Shown here: positions 37,935 through 48,884 of the stretch, in pieces
How positions within the stretch are numbered: the first letter of the stretch is position 1
Layout of the letters: the number at the start of each line of letters is the position of its first letter
Assembly (NCBI RefSeq): GCF_028641065.1
Contig: NC_073399.1
Span: 10,850,001-10,914,000, forward strand
DNA: 64,000 bases
Source: Leucoraja erinacea
Taxonomy: Eukaryota
Direction of reading: 5' to 3'
Notes under the pieces: generated by a model
Told to the model about the DNA's origin: nothing
The model's database searches: none
What the model saw: the letters and a program-made list of their open reading frames with translations, nothing else
Position numbers and translations under genes: made by a program

Positions 37935-38212
37935 AGTTTAGTTTTTAGATATAGCGTGGAAACAGGCCCTTCGGCCCACTGAGTCCATGCCGACCAACGA
38001 TCACCCGTACATTAGTTCTATCCTACTCGTTAGGGACAATTTACAGAAGCTAATTAATCTACAAACCTGCACGTCTTTGGAATGTGGGAGGAGACTGGAG
38101 ATAGGTCAAAGGTCGAAGGTACAAACTCCACACTGACAGTACCCATAGTCAGGATTGAACCCGAGTCGCTGGCGCTGTAATGCGGCAAATGCAGTAATGC
38201 GCCACTGTGCCG
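37935..38212 (-). mobile_element. HE1-type SINE
   Basis: Reverse complement of the family consensus including GGGTTCAATCC B box and GGGCCGAAGGGCCTGTTTCC tail. Confidence 0.85.
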
Positions 38213-38745
38213 TCTATTTATGCCGCTAACAACCATTTGCGTGGAAAATTTATGATTGTTACTATATCAAAATATTCTGCACATTGTTACTAATTTGTAA
38301 GTGAAAGTTCTGATTAGAGTTGAAAAAGTTTAATGAGACATGAAAAACATTTTAAAACTAAGCCGAATGGAATTAAAACAACATTTCCAATTCATCTTTA
38401 TTGAAAATAATGTACATGCTCAATGCTGTTGACGGAATTATTCTAAATTCGACTGGCATTTAATACACTGACACTATTTTGAAAATAGAGATTTTCTTTT
38501 AAATAAAAATGTAAACAATCTACTTCGTAAATGTTTTCTTAATTATAATCTTTTCACATGGCAAGAAAGCCAACATTTCTGAGGTTCGTCAAAACAACAA
38601 AATATTATTCTTGCCCCGTCTTCCCAATGTAACATTAGGTTGAAGGCTGCCTCCACAACAATGCTTGACGTACAGTATTTCACAAAGCATTGAAAGACAG
38701 ATGCATACAAAGGCGGAGGAGTAACCTCAAACCTCTTCCCCCTAC

Positions 38746-38848
38746 CTCCTTCAGCGATGGCACTTAATAAAATCAAAGTAGCAAAGGGAAGAAGACATCT
38801 CATTTCGCTCGGACGTCTCCTGAAGAACATTGTCTCGACGGTGCCCAT
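38746..38848 (-). CDS. BTBD17: BTBD17 coding exon 1 (signal peptide)
   Basis: ATG GGC ... GAA GGA G|gtaggg. 103 nt, phase 1 joins exon 2; MGTVETMFFRRRPSEMRCLLPFATLILLSAIAEG has a hydrophobic signal-like core. Spliced CDS 1467 nt = 488 aa. Confidence 0.85.
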
Positions 38849-39844
38849 GTTGTGTGAAAACTCAGTCAGAATACATCTGGATCACTGGACACTTATGTAG
38901 GACACGGTTCCTTTTCAGCTGCCCCTCACCGTAAAGCCTCCTTTTATTGGTGGATTCTGGACTTTGCTGCCATGGAAACTGGTTTGAATCTGATATCTGT
39001 TCACCGTTCTGCTATGTTGGACGAATCTGCACAAAAGAATGTGGATGAAGGTCAAAAAGATGTGACTACGTTTAAAAAATTCGACAGGAGATAATATTCT
39101 TTGTCGTAGCTTCAGTAGTGGATTAGATAAGTCAAGGCACATCAAAGAAAAAGGCAGGTTATTTTTTATATATTTAAACAGAAAAAGTCAACTAAAGTAA
39201 GAACTTTCATTTGCAAAGAACATTTAGTGAAGTTAACCCTCTGAAGGTTCTTTGCAGAAATGTTGTTGGAAAACTTGATAAAGAGCAAAGGTCATGTGCT
39301 TTAAGAGGGGTAATTAGGACAAAGACAAAGTCCATTCCTACACTCATATGCACCTGTCCTCATTAAAGTTAATATATGAAATGGGATGAGGGTTGAGAGT
39401 TATTCGGAATGCCTTGAAGGTCGAGAAAAAAATGGTGCAGTTTAGAGTCATACAGCATGGAAACTGGCTCTCTGGCCCAACTCATCAAAGCCGATCAACA
39501 TGCCCCAATTACAGCTAGTCACATTTTCCCACGTTTGCCCCATATTCCTCTAAACCTTTCCTATCCATGCAGGTTTCATCAAAATAATCTAACGTCAGAC
39601 ATTTCCAAGCACTTGTCCATGTGTATTTTAAATGCTGTTATAGTGTCTGCCTTAACTACCTCCTCTGGCATCTCGTACCATTTACCCACCACCCTCTGAG
39701 TGTTCAGTTTGTTTTAGTTTAGTTTAGAGTCCACGCCGACCAGCGATCCCCGCACATTAACACTATCCGACTCACACTCGGGACAATTTATAATTTTACC
39801 AAGCCAATTAAACTACAAATCTGTACGCCTTTGGAGTGTGTTAA

Positions 39845-40155
39845 GCCCCTGTCCCACTGTATGAGGTAATTCACGAGTTCTCCCGAGTTTTCCCCTGATT
39901 CGAACTCGGAGAATATCCGTAGCGGGTCCGTAGGAGTTCGTGGATGTCTCGTAGCGGCTCGTAATGCTAACGGTAGGTATAAAAAGTAACCATTTTTATC
40001 ATCACGAGTATTTTTTTACTCGGGGACATTTTTTACAGAGATTGAAAAAACGTCACGAGTTACTGGATGTCCTGAGTACCTACCGTTAGCATTACAAGCC
40101 GCTACGATTTACCCACGAACTCCTACGGACCTGCTACGGACATTCTCCGAGTTCC
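39845..40155. mobile_element. Palindromic Harbinger-like MITE (one terminus lost)
   Basis: TTAA|GCCCCTGTCCCACT terminus; 78-bp inverted arms at 39902-39979 and 40077-40154. Confidence 0.65.
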
Positions 40156-41714
40156 CTCCAGATGCACCGGCTTTCTCCCACATCCCAAAGACGCTCGAGG
40201 CAGTAGATTAATTGGCCCTCTGTAAATTGTCCCCTAGTGTGTAGGAAGCAGGACGTACGGGTGTCAGAGGTAATGGGGAGAAGGCAGGAAAATGGGGCTA
40301 GGAGGGAGAGATAGATCAGCCATGATTGAATGGCAGAGTAGACTTAATGGGCTGAATGGCCTAATTCTACTCCTATCTCTTATGATCTTATGAAGTGGAT
40401 GGGAAAGTGGGATAACATAGAACTAGTGTGAGAGGTGGTCAGTGTGGACTCAGTGGGCCAAAGGGCCTATTTTCATGCTGTATCTCTATCTAAACCAAAC
40501 TTACAATTAAACACACAACATCAGAGAATAAAAAACATAAAGTGCTGGAAGAACTCAACGGGTCAGACAGCGGGTCTCCAGAGTACATGCATGGGTGACG
40601 TTTAGGGTGAGGACCCTTCTTCAGACTGATTGTAGTAAGGGGGAGAAAGCTGGGGATGGGACAAAGTGTAGCATCTATCTTTTTAAATACCTAATATGTT
40701 GTTGTGTGTCCATAAATTCAATACATGTTGGACAACAACTTTCTGATGAAGGGTTGTGTTCTGTGAGTATGAATCAATGTTAATCAGATTTCAAACACTT
40801 ATGGTTGATTTGATTCAGGGAACACTCACTCCCAATTATTGATGAACTGCCTGCTCAAAAATAACTACTTTTGGCAGATGTTTCCCTTTGCTATGTGTGA
40901 AAGGCAGCGAACCTTGCCTTCTGTACTGAAACTAACACAATCACCACCCCCGCCCTGCTATCCCCAAGGCTATTTATTTCACTAATAATACAGGTCCACC
41001 ACCGATTTTTTGGCAACTGGTGGTGGGCAGCTATTTTAAGTGCAGTGAGCAGGCCTGAGCTATTACCTGCCTCATAGGTGACCCTCAGACTATCTTTGAT
41101 CGGACTTTACTGGGTCTATCTTGCACTAAACGTTATTCCCTTATCATGTATCTCTATACCGTCACTGTCACTTTGGGCTGAATGGCCTGTTTCCACGCTG
41201 TATGACAGTGACTCTATCTACAAAATGCAGTGCAGTTACCCACCCAGACCACTCCAGCAGCAACCTCCAAACCCGTGACTTCAGACTTGGGTTTGAAGAA
41301 GGGTCCCGTCCCGAAACATCACCTATCCATGTTCTCCAGGCATGCTGCCTGACCCACTGAGTTACTCCAGCATTTCTGCCGTCCTCTAACTTCACGTACA
41401 AGACGGGCAAAGGCCTTAGATGCAGGGAAACATTGCCGCCTGCTGTTTCTCTGCTAAATTGCATGCCATCTTGAAACTATATTATACGTTCTTTACTCTG
41501 TAGACTTTAGACTTTAGAGATACACTGCAGAAATAGATCCTTCGGCCCACCGAGCCCGCGCAGACCAGCGATCATCACACTATCACTGGCACTATCTTAC
41601 AAACTAGGGACACCCGCCCTAAGGCTCGTCGGTCGACGGGACTGGGAGGAAGCTGGAGACATCGCGTGCAAAGTCCGGCACCCGGGCCAAAACTCCTCAC
41701 CTGCTGCGCTTTCT

Positions 41715-42565
41715 TGGTTCTTGATTCTTGGTTTCTTGGTCCTCCAAAATATTCCAAATGGAATTTAAACTGGAGGTGGTGAAGGGAGGGCTTAAGCCAG
41801 AAAGTGTTATTGGGAAGAAAGAACTACTTTAAATTTAGTTGCATCTGGTTGGTTTCTTGGTCCTCCAAAATATTAGAACCAATTGCTGAACTGTCTTTGC
41901 AGCTGGGAACTGGATCGGTCGGTGAAGGGAGGGCTTGTAGTCTAGCGAGCTGACCATTTAACATTTTATTGGGAAGAAAGAGCTACGTTTAAATTTAGTT
42001 GCATCAGGTTGGGTAACTATAGTTGGGTGGAGTATTATTCCATGCTTTAATTGGACACGTTCGGGGTAGAACGTTTTTGCTGTTTATCCCAACTGTCTTT
42101 GTAGCTGGGATCACAAATTGGATCGAATGCCCCTATTCTGACCTTTTGTCCTAATTGGGGTTTGGGTTTGGTGTAGGTCTTGTCCCCTATAGTCGAGCTG
42201 ACCATGCTCCAACATTTTATAAAAACACTTGGGGAAAAATGGTGAGCTTCACGTCTGTCAGTTGCATATGTGGAGAACCATTAAATGTACATTTTTCACC
42301 CCAGAGAATTCCGAAGTTGTACTGTACTAACAGGAAACTTCTCTCTTGGAAAGTGGTGAAATCATTGGACAAAGTCAGCATGGATTTACGAAAGGTAAAT
42401 CTTGTCTGGGTTGGAATTTTTCGAGAGTAACAAAATCGAGCTGCCTGTCTTTGGACACGTTCGATGGGAAGAAATGTTTTTATTTGTGTATGGGTCCCAT
42501 GCTGCAACTGCGTAGTCCAAATGAGGTCTAACGAGGGTGAAGTATAGCTTCTCCTTGACAGAAGT
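41715..42565 (-). mobile_element. Scrambled copy of a second, divergent CR1-clade LINE
   Basis: Minus-strand pieces STSVKEKLYFTLVRPHL..AVAAWDPYTNKNI..IERVQRQAARF, FYKML..QLD, IKAWNN and QPDATKFK, plus an (ACCAAGA)n-like tail, interleaved with other repeat fragments. Confidence 0.65.
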
Positions 42566-45500
42566 AGAAGCTATACTTCACCCTCGTTGGACCTCATTTG
42601 TGTGCTTTGTTTGGCAGTGCAGTATAATGTGGATAAAGTGCCCGGGCCAACTCATCATTCACCCAGCCATGGCCGAGTCGGTCAACGGATTGCCGTCAAG
42701 AATTTGCCCCTTATTTTGACCTTTTGTCCCTTATTTGCAGGAGTGAGAAAGTTGGCAACCCTAGTTGCAGGAGGTGTCCCCGGGATACATAGATGGCCGG
42801 GCGAGGAGAAGAGAGGGACGTCGGTCTGCGGGAACTACTCCAGCACTTTGAGAGCCTAGGGACAAAATTCTGGACTTGCAGGAAACTTGGGGGAAATCCA
42901 GGACAATGGCGCCAAAAATGGTGCAGCATGTGTAATACTTTTTTTCACACAGAAAAGAATTTGCCACAGAGGGTGTGCAGTTTTGCATATTTGTGATGTG
43001 GCCCTTGTGGCTAAAGCAACATTGAACCATTAAACTTTACAGCCATGATCATTTTGGCGGTGCAGGCCGAAGCCAATTAACCTACAAACCAATACTAGTT
43101 TCTGTGTGGGAGGAAAACCGAGAGAAAACCCACGTTCCAGAGCCCAGTTTGTGTATCTGGGCCAATGAAGGCAGAATTCTCAATGATAGGGCTATAAAAC
43201 ATGCAGGTGGTTGGAATTGAAGGAACATCAGGATCCAGGGAACTCTTGTGTAGGAAGGAACTGCAGGTGCTGGTTTAAACCGAAGATAGACACAAAAAGC
43301 TGGAGTAACTCGGCAGGACTGGCAGCATCTCTGGAGAAAAGGAATTGGTGACTTTTTCGGGTCGAGACCCTTCTTCAGTCTGATTTGTAACAAGCGCTAA
43401 GAACATTAGGGAGACTTAACAATGTCCATTTGCATTACTGGGCCATTACGGTCTCATGAAGTCTGAAGAGTAGACTTTGGTAGACATTCTACCCTGGCTG
43501 AAGATTTGTGGTTTATTTGTGGTAGAGCTGCATGAGGAATGATGGAGATACAAGGAACTGCAGATGCTGCAATCGGGAGCGAACCCGGGTCTCTGGCCCA
43601 GTAAGGCAGCAAACTTTACCACTGCGCCACCGTGTGCAGTAATGTCTGTAGTTAAACTCGGTTTTGAAGAGCAGCTCCAATTTCCAAAGAATGGTCTCAA
43701 CCTGAAACGTCACCTATTCTTTTTCTCCAAAGATGCTGCTTGACCCATTGAGTTACTCCAGCCTTTTGTGTCTATCTTCAGTGTAAACCAGCATCAGCAT
43801 TTCCTTCCCACGCCACACATATCCAATTTTCAACAGTGCTTCATGGAATGATGTGCAGCGTCCATGCATGGAACAGACTTCATATGGACTGTTGTTTATC
43901 AGCGATGCTCCACTTAAATTTCAAAGAGCAAATATGGATTAAGAGCACATATGCTAAGCTTTATATAGATGTATTCGCAATATGTACACACAATGCATTT
44001 GACAAATGCAAGCTATCTGCTTCCTGAGGGAGAAAATGGACTGGCCCAAAGCACCTGGACTGGAATAATTAAAGACTACAATAATGACCAAGCAAACTGA
44101 CCTTTCTATCGCTGCCAGTCCATTTATTCTACAGCCATGAGGCAGTCTACAGTTTAAGAAGCTTGGCTCTTGCAACTTGGTTTATCTCTGAAAAACCTTC
44201 ACAATTCACTCATTTTATTTTATTTCTGACCAAACATCCAAAATAAACCAGTTTTGGTCTGGACACAGTGCTGGAGTGACTCAGCGGCTCAGGCAGCGAC
44301 TCCGGAGGTGTTTCAGGTCGAGACCTTTCTTCCATCTGAAACATCACCTATCAATGTTCTTCAGAGATGCTGCCTGACACGCTGAGTTGCTCCAGCACTT
44401 TGTGTCTTTTCGTGTATTAAACCAGCATGTGCAGTTCATTGTACAGTACCTACAAATTTAGTCTGCACCTGACTGACAAAAACAGCAATCATTGAATGTT
44501 GTCACATTACAGAATTTTGTTCAAGATCTCATTAAGTTATGTATATTGATTGGGAAATTGCCACAGCAGTTATTTTCCTGCCTTACAATGCTTCGGGAAG
44601 AAGGGTCCCGACCCGAAACATCACCTATTCATGTTCTCCTGAGAGGCTGCAGGGAAACCAACTAAGGAACAAAGGCAGGTTATAGTTTAACTAATACTGC
44701 ACTATCAAAATATTAAAAAATACTTACTCTTTCATCAGAAGGTTTTGTAACAGTTGCATAGGCACCTTGAAGTAAAATGGGGCTTGAAAGTAAGAAGGAG
44801 CTCAGCACTCTGTGTCAATCAACATGTTGCAATCATCTGATAAAGCCTTTAGTCAAACAGTAACACCAAACCTAGTTACTTTACAGATGTGCAACAGGAA
44901 GCTAGGCCAGTATCAGCTGGCAATTACAGTCTGTGCACACTCATTACTGCTGTTTGCCTTGCCATAGGCACCAGCCCAGATGATCAACCGCGCCGCAACT
45001 TAAAATGTCAGCTCATGCTTCATATCAATGACAAAGAGAACATGATGCTCGTAAAGCAGGAATAAGAACTGCAGATGCTGATTTACATAAAAGGACTCAA
45101 CGTGCTGGAGAACTCAGCGGGTCAGGCAGCATCTCTGGAGAACTTTTCATGTTGGGACCCTTCTTCAGAGCTGATGCTGACTCCAGTTACTCCAGCTACC
45201 CCAGCTAAGTTACTCCAGCACTTTGTATCCAAACAACCTTCCCACCCTAGTCCTTGACCCGAAATATTGACTCTCTCCCCACAGATGCCGCCTGACCTGC
45301 TGAGCATTGTTTGTGCTTGAATAGGAAAGGCATGAAGTGGAGAAACAAGGGAATGTAGAAGTCGATTTACACAAAAAGGCATAAAGTGCTGGAGTAACTC
45401 AGCACGCCAGGCAGCATCTCTGGATAGGAGAATGTATGAATAGGTGAATCAGTCTGAAAAATGGCGCTGAGCTGAAACGTCACCTATCCATGTTCAAGGG

Positions 45501-45939
45501 TCAGGAAAGTCTTGGCCCCATTACAGAAGCATCCACATATTGGGGCTGGAAACTGGAGGTATCCTGAGCTAATTCTGCCACCACCATCATCTATTGCAAC
45601 AAGTGATGGCTGCCACTGATTGTCGCCGGAATCTTTTCAGGACGGACGATCACAGCGAGGTCAACATTTGTAACAAGATGGACACGAAAAAAAGAAGAAG
45701 GAAAGTCTTATTGTCGTATGCCTTGAAACACAGATGAGCAGCAGGAAACACAGAGAGGGGGCAGAGGTTGGGAGAGGTTCTCACAGAACTCCCATTGGAG
45801 AGAGGAAGGGGAACTTCTGGTATGGGCCTAATGTGTGCAAATGGGATTAACGTGGGTAGGCCTCACAGCAGGAATGGACGAGATGAGTCAGAACGCCTGT
45901 TTCGGCATTGAGCATTTCAATGATTCTTTCACTCAATGT

Positions 45940-46243
45940 GACACGGTGGCGCAGCAGTAGATTAGCTGCCTTACAGCTCCACAGGCCCAGGTTCGATCCT
46001 GACAACGGGCGCTGTCAGTATGGGGAATGTCCGTTCTCCCTGTGACTGCATGGGATTTCTCCGGGTGCTCTGGTTTCCTCCCACACACCAAAGACACAGG
46101 TTTGTAGGTTAATTGGCTTCGATAAGATTGTAAATTGTCCCCAGTGTGTAGGATAGTACAAGTGTATGGGGGGATCGCTGGTTGGTGCAGACTCAGTGGG
46201 CCGAAGGGCCTGTTTCTGCGCTGTATCTCTAAAGTCTAAAGTT
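45940..46243 (+). mobile_element. HE1-type SINE, near full length
   Basis: CACGGTGGCGCAGCAGTAG A box, GGTTCGATCC B box, V-domain, GGGCCGAAGGGCCTGTTTC tail. Confidence 0.88.
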
Positions 46244-47537
46244 TACAGAAGGCACTTCTGGCAGAGCAGAACCTGTGATGCATACAATGGATAAGTGGAG
46301 TTGACACAATATAATATTCTTAGTTTAGTTTAGTTTGTGCGTCTTTGGAGTGTGGGAGAAAACCGAAGATCTCGGAGAAAACTCACCTGGTCACAGGGAG
46401 AACATGCAAACTCCTTACAGACAGCACCTGTAGTCGGGATGGAACCCGGGTCTCCGGCACTACTAACGCTGCAAGGCAGCAACCGTGCCGCCTGCGGCAC
46501 TCCAGTCACCCGCGTTGCAAAGGGCTGCCATTTTATTATATTTATTGTCTCCTCACTGCTTGGGTTACCTTGAGCAGGATAGTTACTTTCTATAACACCC
46601 ATTTCCAATGCAGCCTGCAGCTTAACATTAAACTGGAAGTAAATCACTTATTGCATATTGAAGAGAATTGAAAATGCAATGATTTAATTAATGAAGGCCA
46701 CTGATTACTGAAGAGACTCTTCAAAAACAGCAGACATTTTTTTCTATAATGAGTTTGCTTAGTGCTTTGAAATAATCTCTATAAACCAAGGACATATACT
46801 TGGTATTCATAGAACTTTAATGACTTCAATGCATCTTCAATGCTCTGTAGCACTCAAGCAAATTAAAACCATAAGAAATAACATTAGATTATAAAACTTA
46901 TCAACCCTTAAGAAATAAATGGTTGCCTCTACCTTCCGCCTTTCCCTGCTGTCTGGTTTAATGACACATACAACTACAATGTTCCCTCTACTTACAAAAC
47001 AGAATTAACCCTGAGCTTGCTATCAACCTGATGAACAGGATCTTTCTTCTCTCAGGGTGGAAACGCCAACAACTGAAGAAGGGCCTTGACCCGAATCGTC
47101 ACCTATTCCCTTTCTCCAGAGATGCTGCCCGACCCGCGGAGTTACTCCAGCTTTTTGTGCCTATCTTCGGTGTAAGTCAGCATCTGCAGTTCCTTCCTAC
47201 ACAAAGATGAGAGGACATAGGTTTAAGGTAAGAAGGGGAAAGTTTAAGGGAGTCATGTGGGGAAAGTAATTTTACATAGAGAGAGGTGGGTGCCTGGAAC
47301 TCCCACTTCATTGGCCATATTTAAGAGGGAGTTAGATGTGGCCCTTGTGGCTAAGGGGATCAGGGGGTATGGAGAGAAGGCAGGTACGGGATACTGAGTT
47401 GGATGATCAGCCATGATCATATTGAATGGCGGTGCAGGCTCGAAGGGCCGAATGGCCTACTCCTGCACCTAATTTCTATGTTTCTATGTTTCTATGGAAC
47501 GTGTTGCCAGGGGGTGGAGGCAGGTGCAATAGTGGTA

Positions 47538-47736
47538 CGGATGCTCCCCGATTTATGATGCTTCGACTTTCGATATTTCGACTTTACGATCGGCAAACGC
47601 TCGGCAACGGGAGCGAGCCGCACGCCGCTTCTGGTCACGTGATCTCGATGTATCAAACACGTTTTCAATTTGCGATATTTTTGATTTACGATGGGTTTAT
47701 CGGAATATAACCTCATCGTAGGTCGAGGAGCAGCTG
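47538..47736. mobile_element. Tc1/mariner (Tigger/pogo-like) MITE, 199 bp
   Basis: TA|CGGATGCTCCCCGATTTATGATG ... CATCGTAGGTCGAGGAGCAGCTG|TA: imperfect TIRs with TA TSD, inserted in a CR1 fragment. Confidence 0.8.
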
Positions 47737-47974
47737 TATGTCAGAGGTTTTTAGATGGACACATGGACATGCAAGGAATAGAGGGACGTGGATCATGTGC
47801 AGACAGGGGAGATTAGCTTAATTAAGCATTATGTTCGGCACAGGCGCTGTGGGCTGGAGAGCCTGTTCCTGTGCTGTATCGTTCTCTCCCCAACTTGAGA
47901 TACAACTAAAGATGGACCACAATACAAGCAGCAATATCGGTGGAAAGTTCATCTACAATTTGGTACCTTCATCA

Positions 47975-48545
47975 GGCAGGGGATTGAGTATAGAAGTTGG
48001 GATGTTATGTTACAATTATACAAGGCTGCATTTAGAGTACTGCATCCAGTTTTTGGTCACCTTGCTGCAGAAGGGATGTCATTAAACTGGAAATGGTGCA
48101 GAGAAGATTTACGTGGATGTTGCCAGGACGAGAGCTATCGGAAGAGGTTGAGTAAGCTAGGTCTTTACTCCACGGAGCGCAGGAGGCTATGGGGTGATCT
48201 TATAGAGGTATATAAAATCATGAGAGGAATGGATAGAATGAATAAAGAATTTTACCAAAGGTAGGGGAGTTAAGACCCAGAGGCATGGGTTTAAGGTGAG
48301 AGGGGAAAGATTTAATACGGACATGAGGGGCATTTGTTTCATTGAGGGTGGTGAGCATAAGGAATTGGCTGCCAGAAGTGGTAGTAAGTAGGAGATAATA
48401 ACAACATTTGAAAGACAGTTGGACAGCTACGTGCATAGGAAAGCCTTTGAGCGATATGGGCTGGACATGGGCAAGTGGGACTAGGTGATATGGGGCACTT
48501 TGGTGGACATTGACAAGTTGGGTGATGGGCCCTGTTTCTGATTGT
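47975..48545 (+). mobile_element. Decayed CR1 3' fragment
   Basis: HLEYCIQF..SYRKRLSKLGLYSTERRRLWGDLIEVYKIMRG. Confidence 0.85.
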
Positions 48546-48884
48546 ATAACTTGGGAATACATTTTAAACAGTTTTGGAGAACAAGTGCAACTCTATCGCG
48601 AGTTGCGAATAAGACAGAGCAAATACTGGCTCGTCTCTGAAGATTTCCATTTCATCTAAATTTACACTCTGCCTTTGTTGGTGACGACTGTTGCATGCAA
48701 TTATTAAATAATTCAAAGGCGCCAATTTAATTGGAACAAACGGAGAAAAACCTCATTAATTTTGCACGCCCACCTTAACTGGTTGATGGAGAAACTACTT
48801 GCTACCTTCCTCAACATGGCTACACCTTTGTGCTTTAGTGAGATCTACCTTTCACCTTCTCATCATCTTCCTCTTGTCTACAAA

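Noticed and set aside
30067-38848. LGALS3BP or a Kelch-family gene as alternative identity
   Set aside because: No SRCR or Kelch repeats; the signal-BTB-BACK three-exon layout and C-terminal motifs fit BTBD17.
44715-44790. Strong minus-strand donor GTAAGT with nearby AG (possible upstream BTBD17 exon)
   Set aside because: Isolated signal with no supporting acceptor at BTBD17 exon 1 identified; insufficient evidence.
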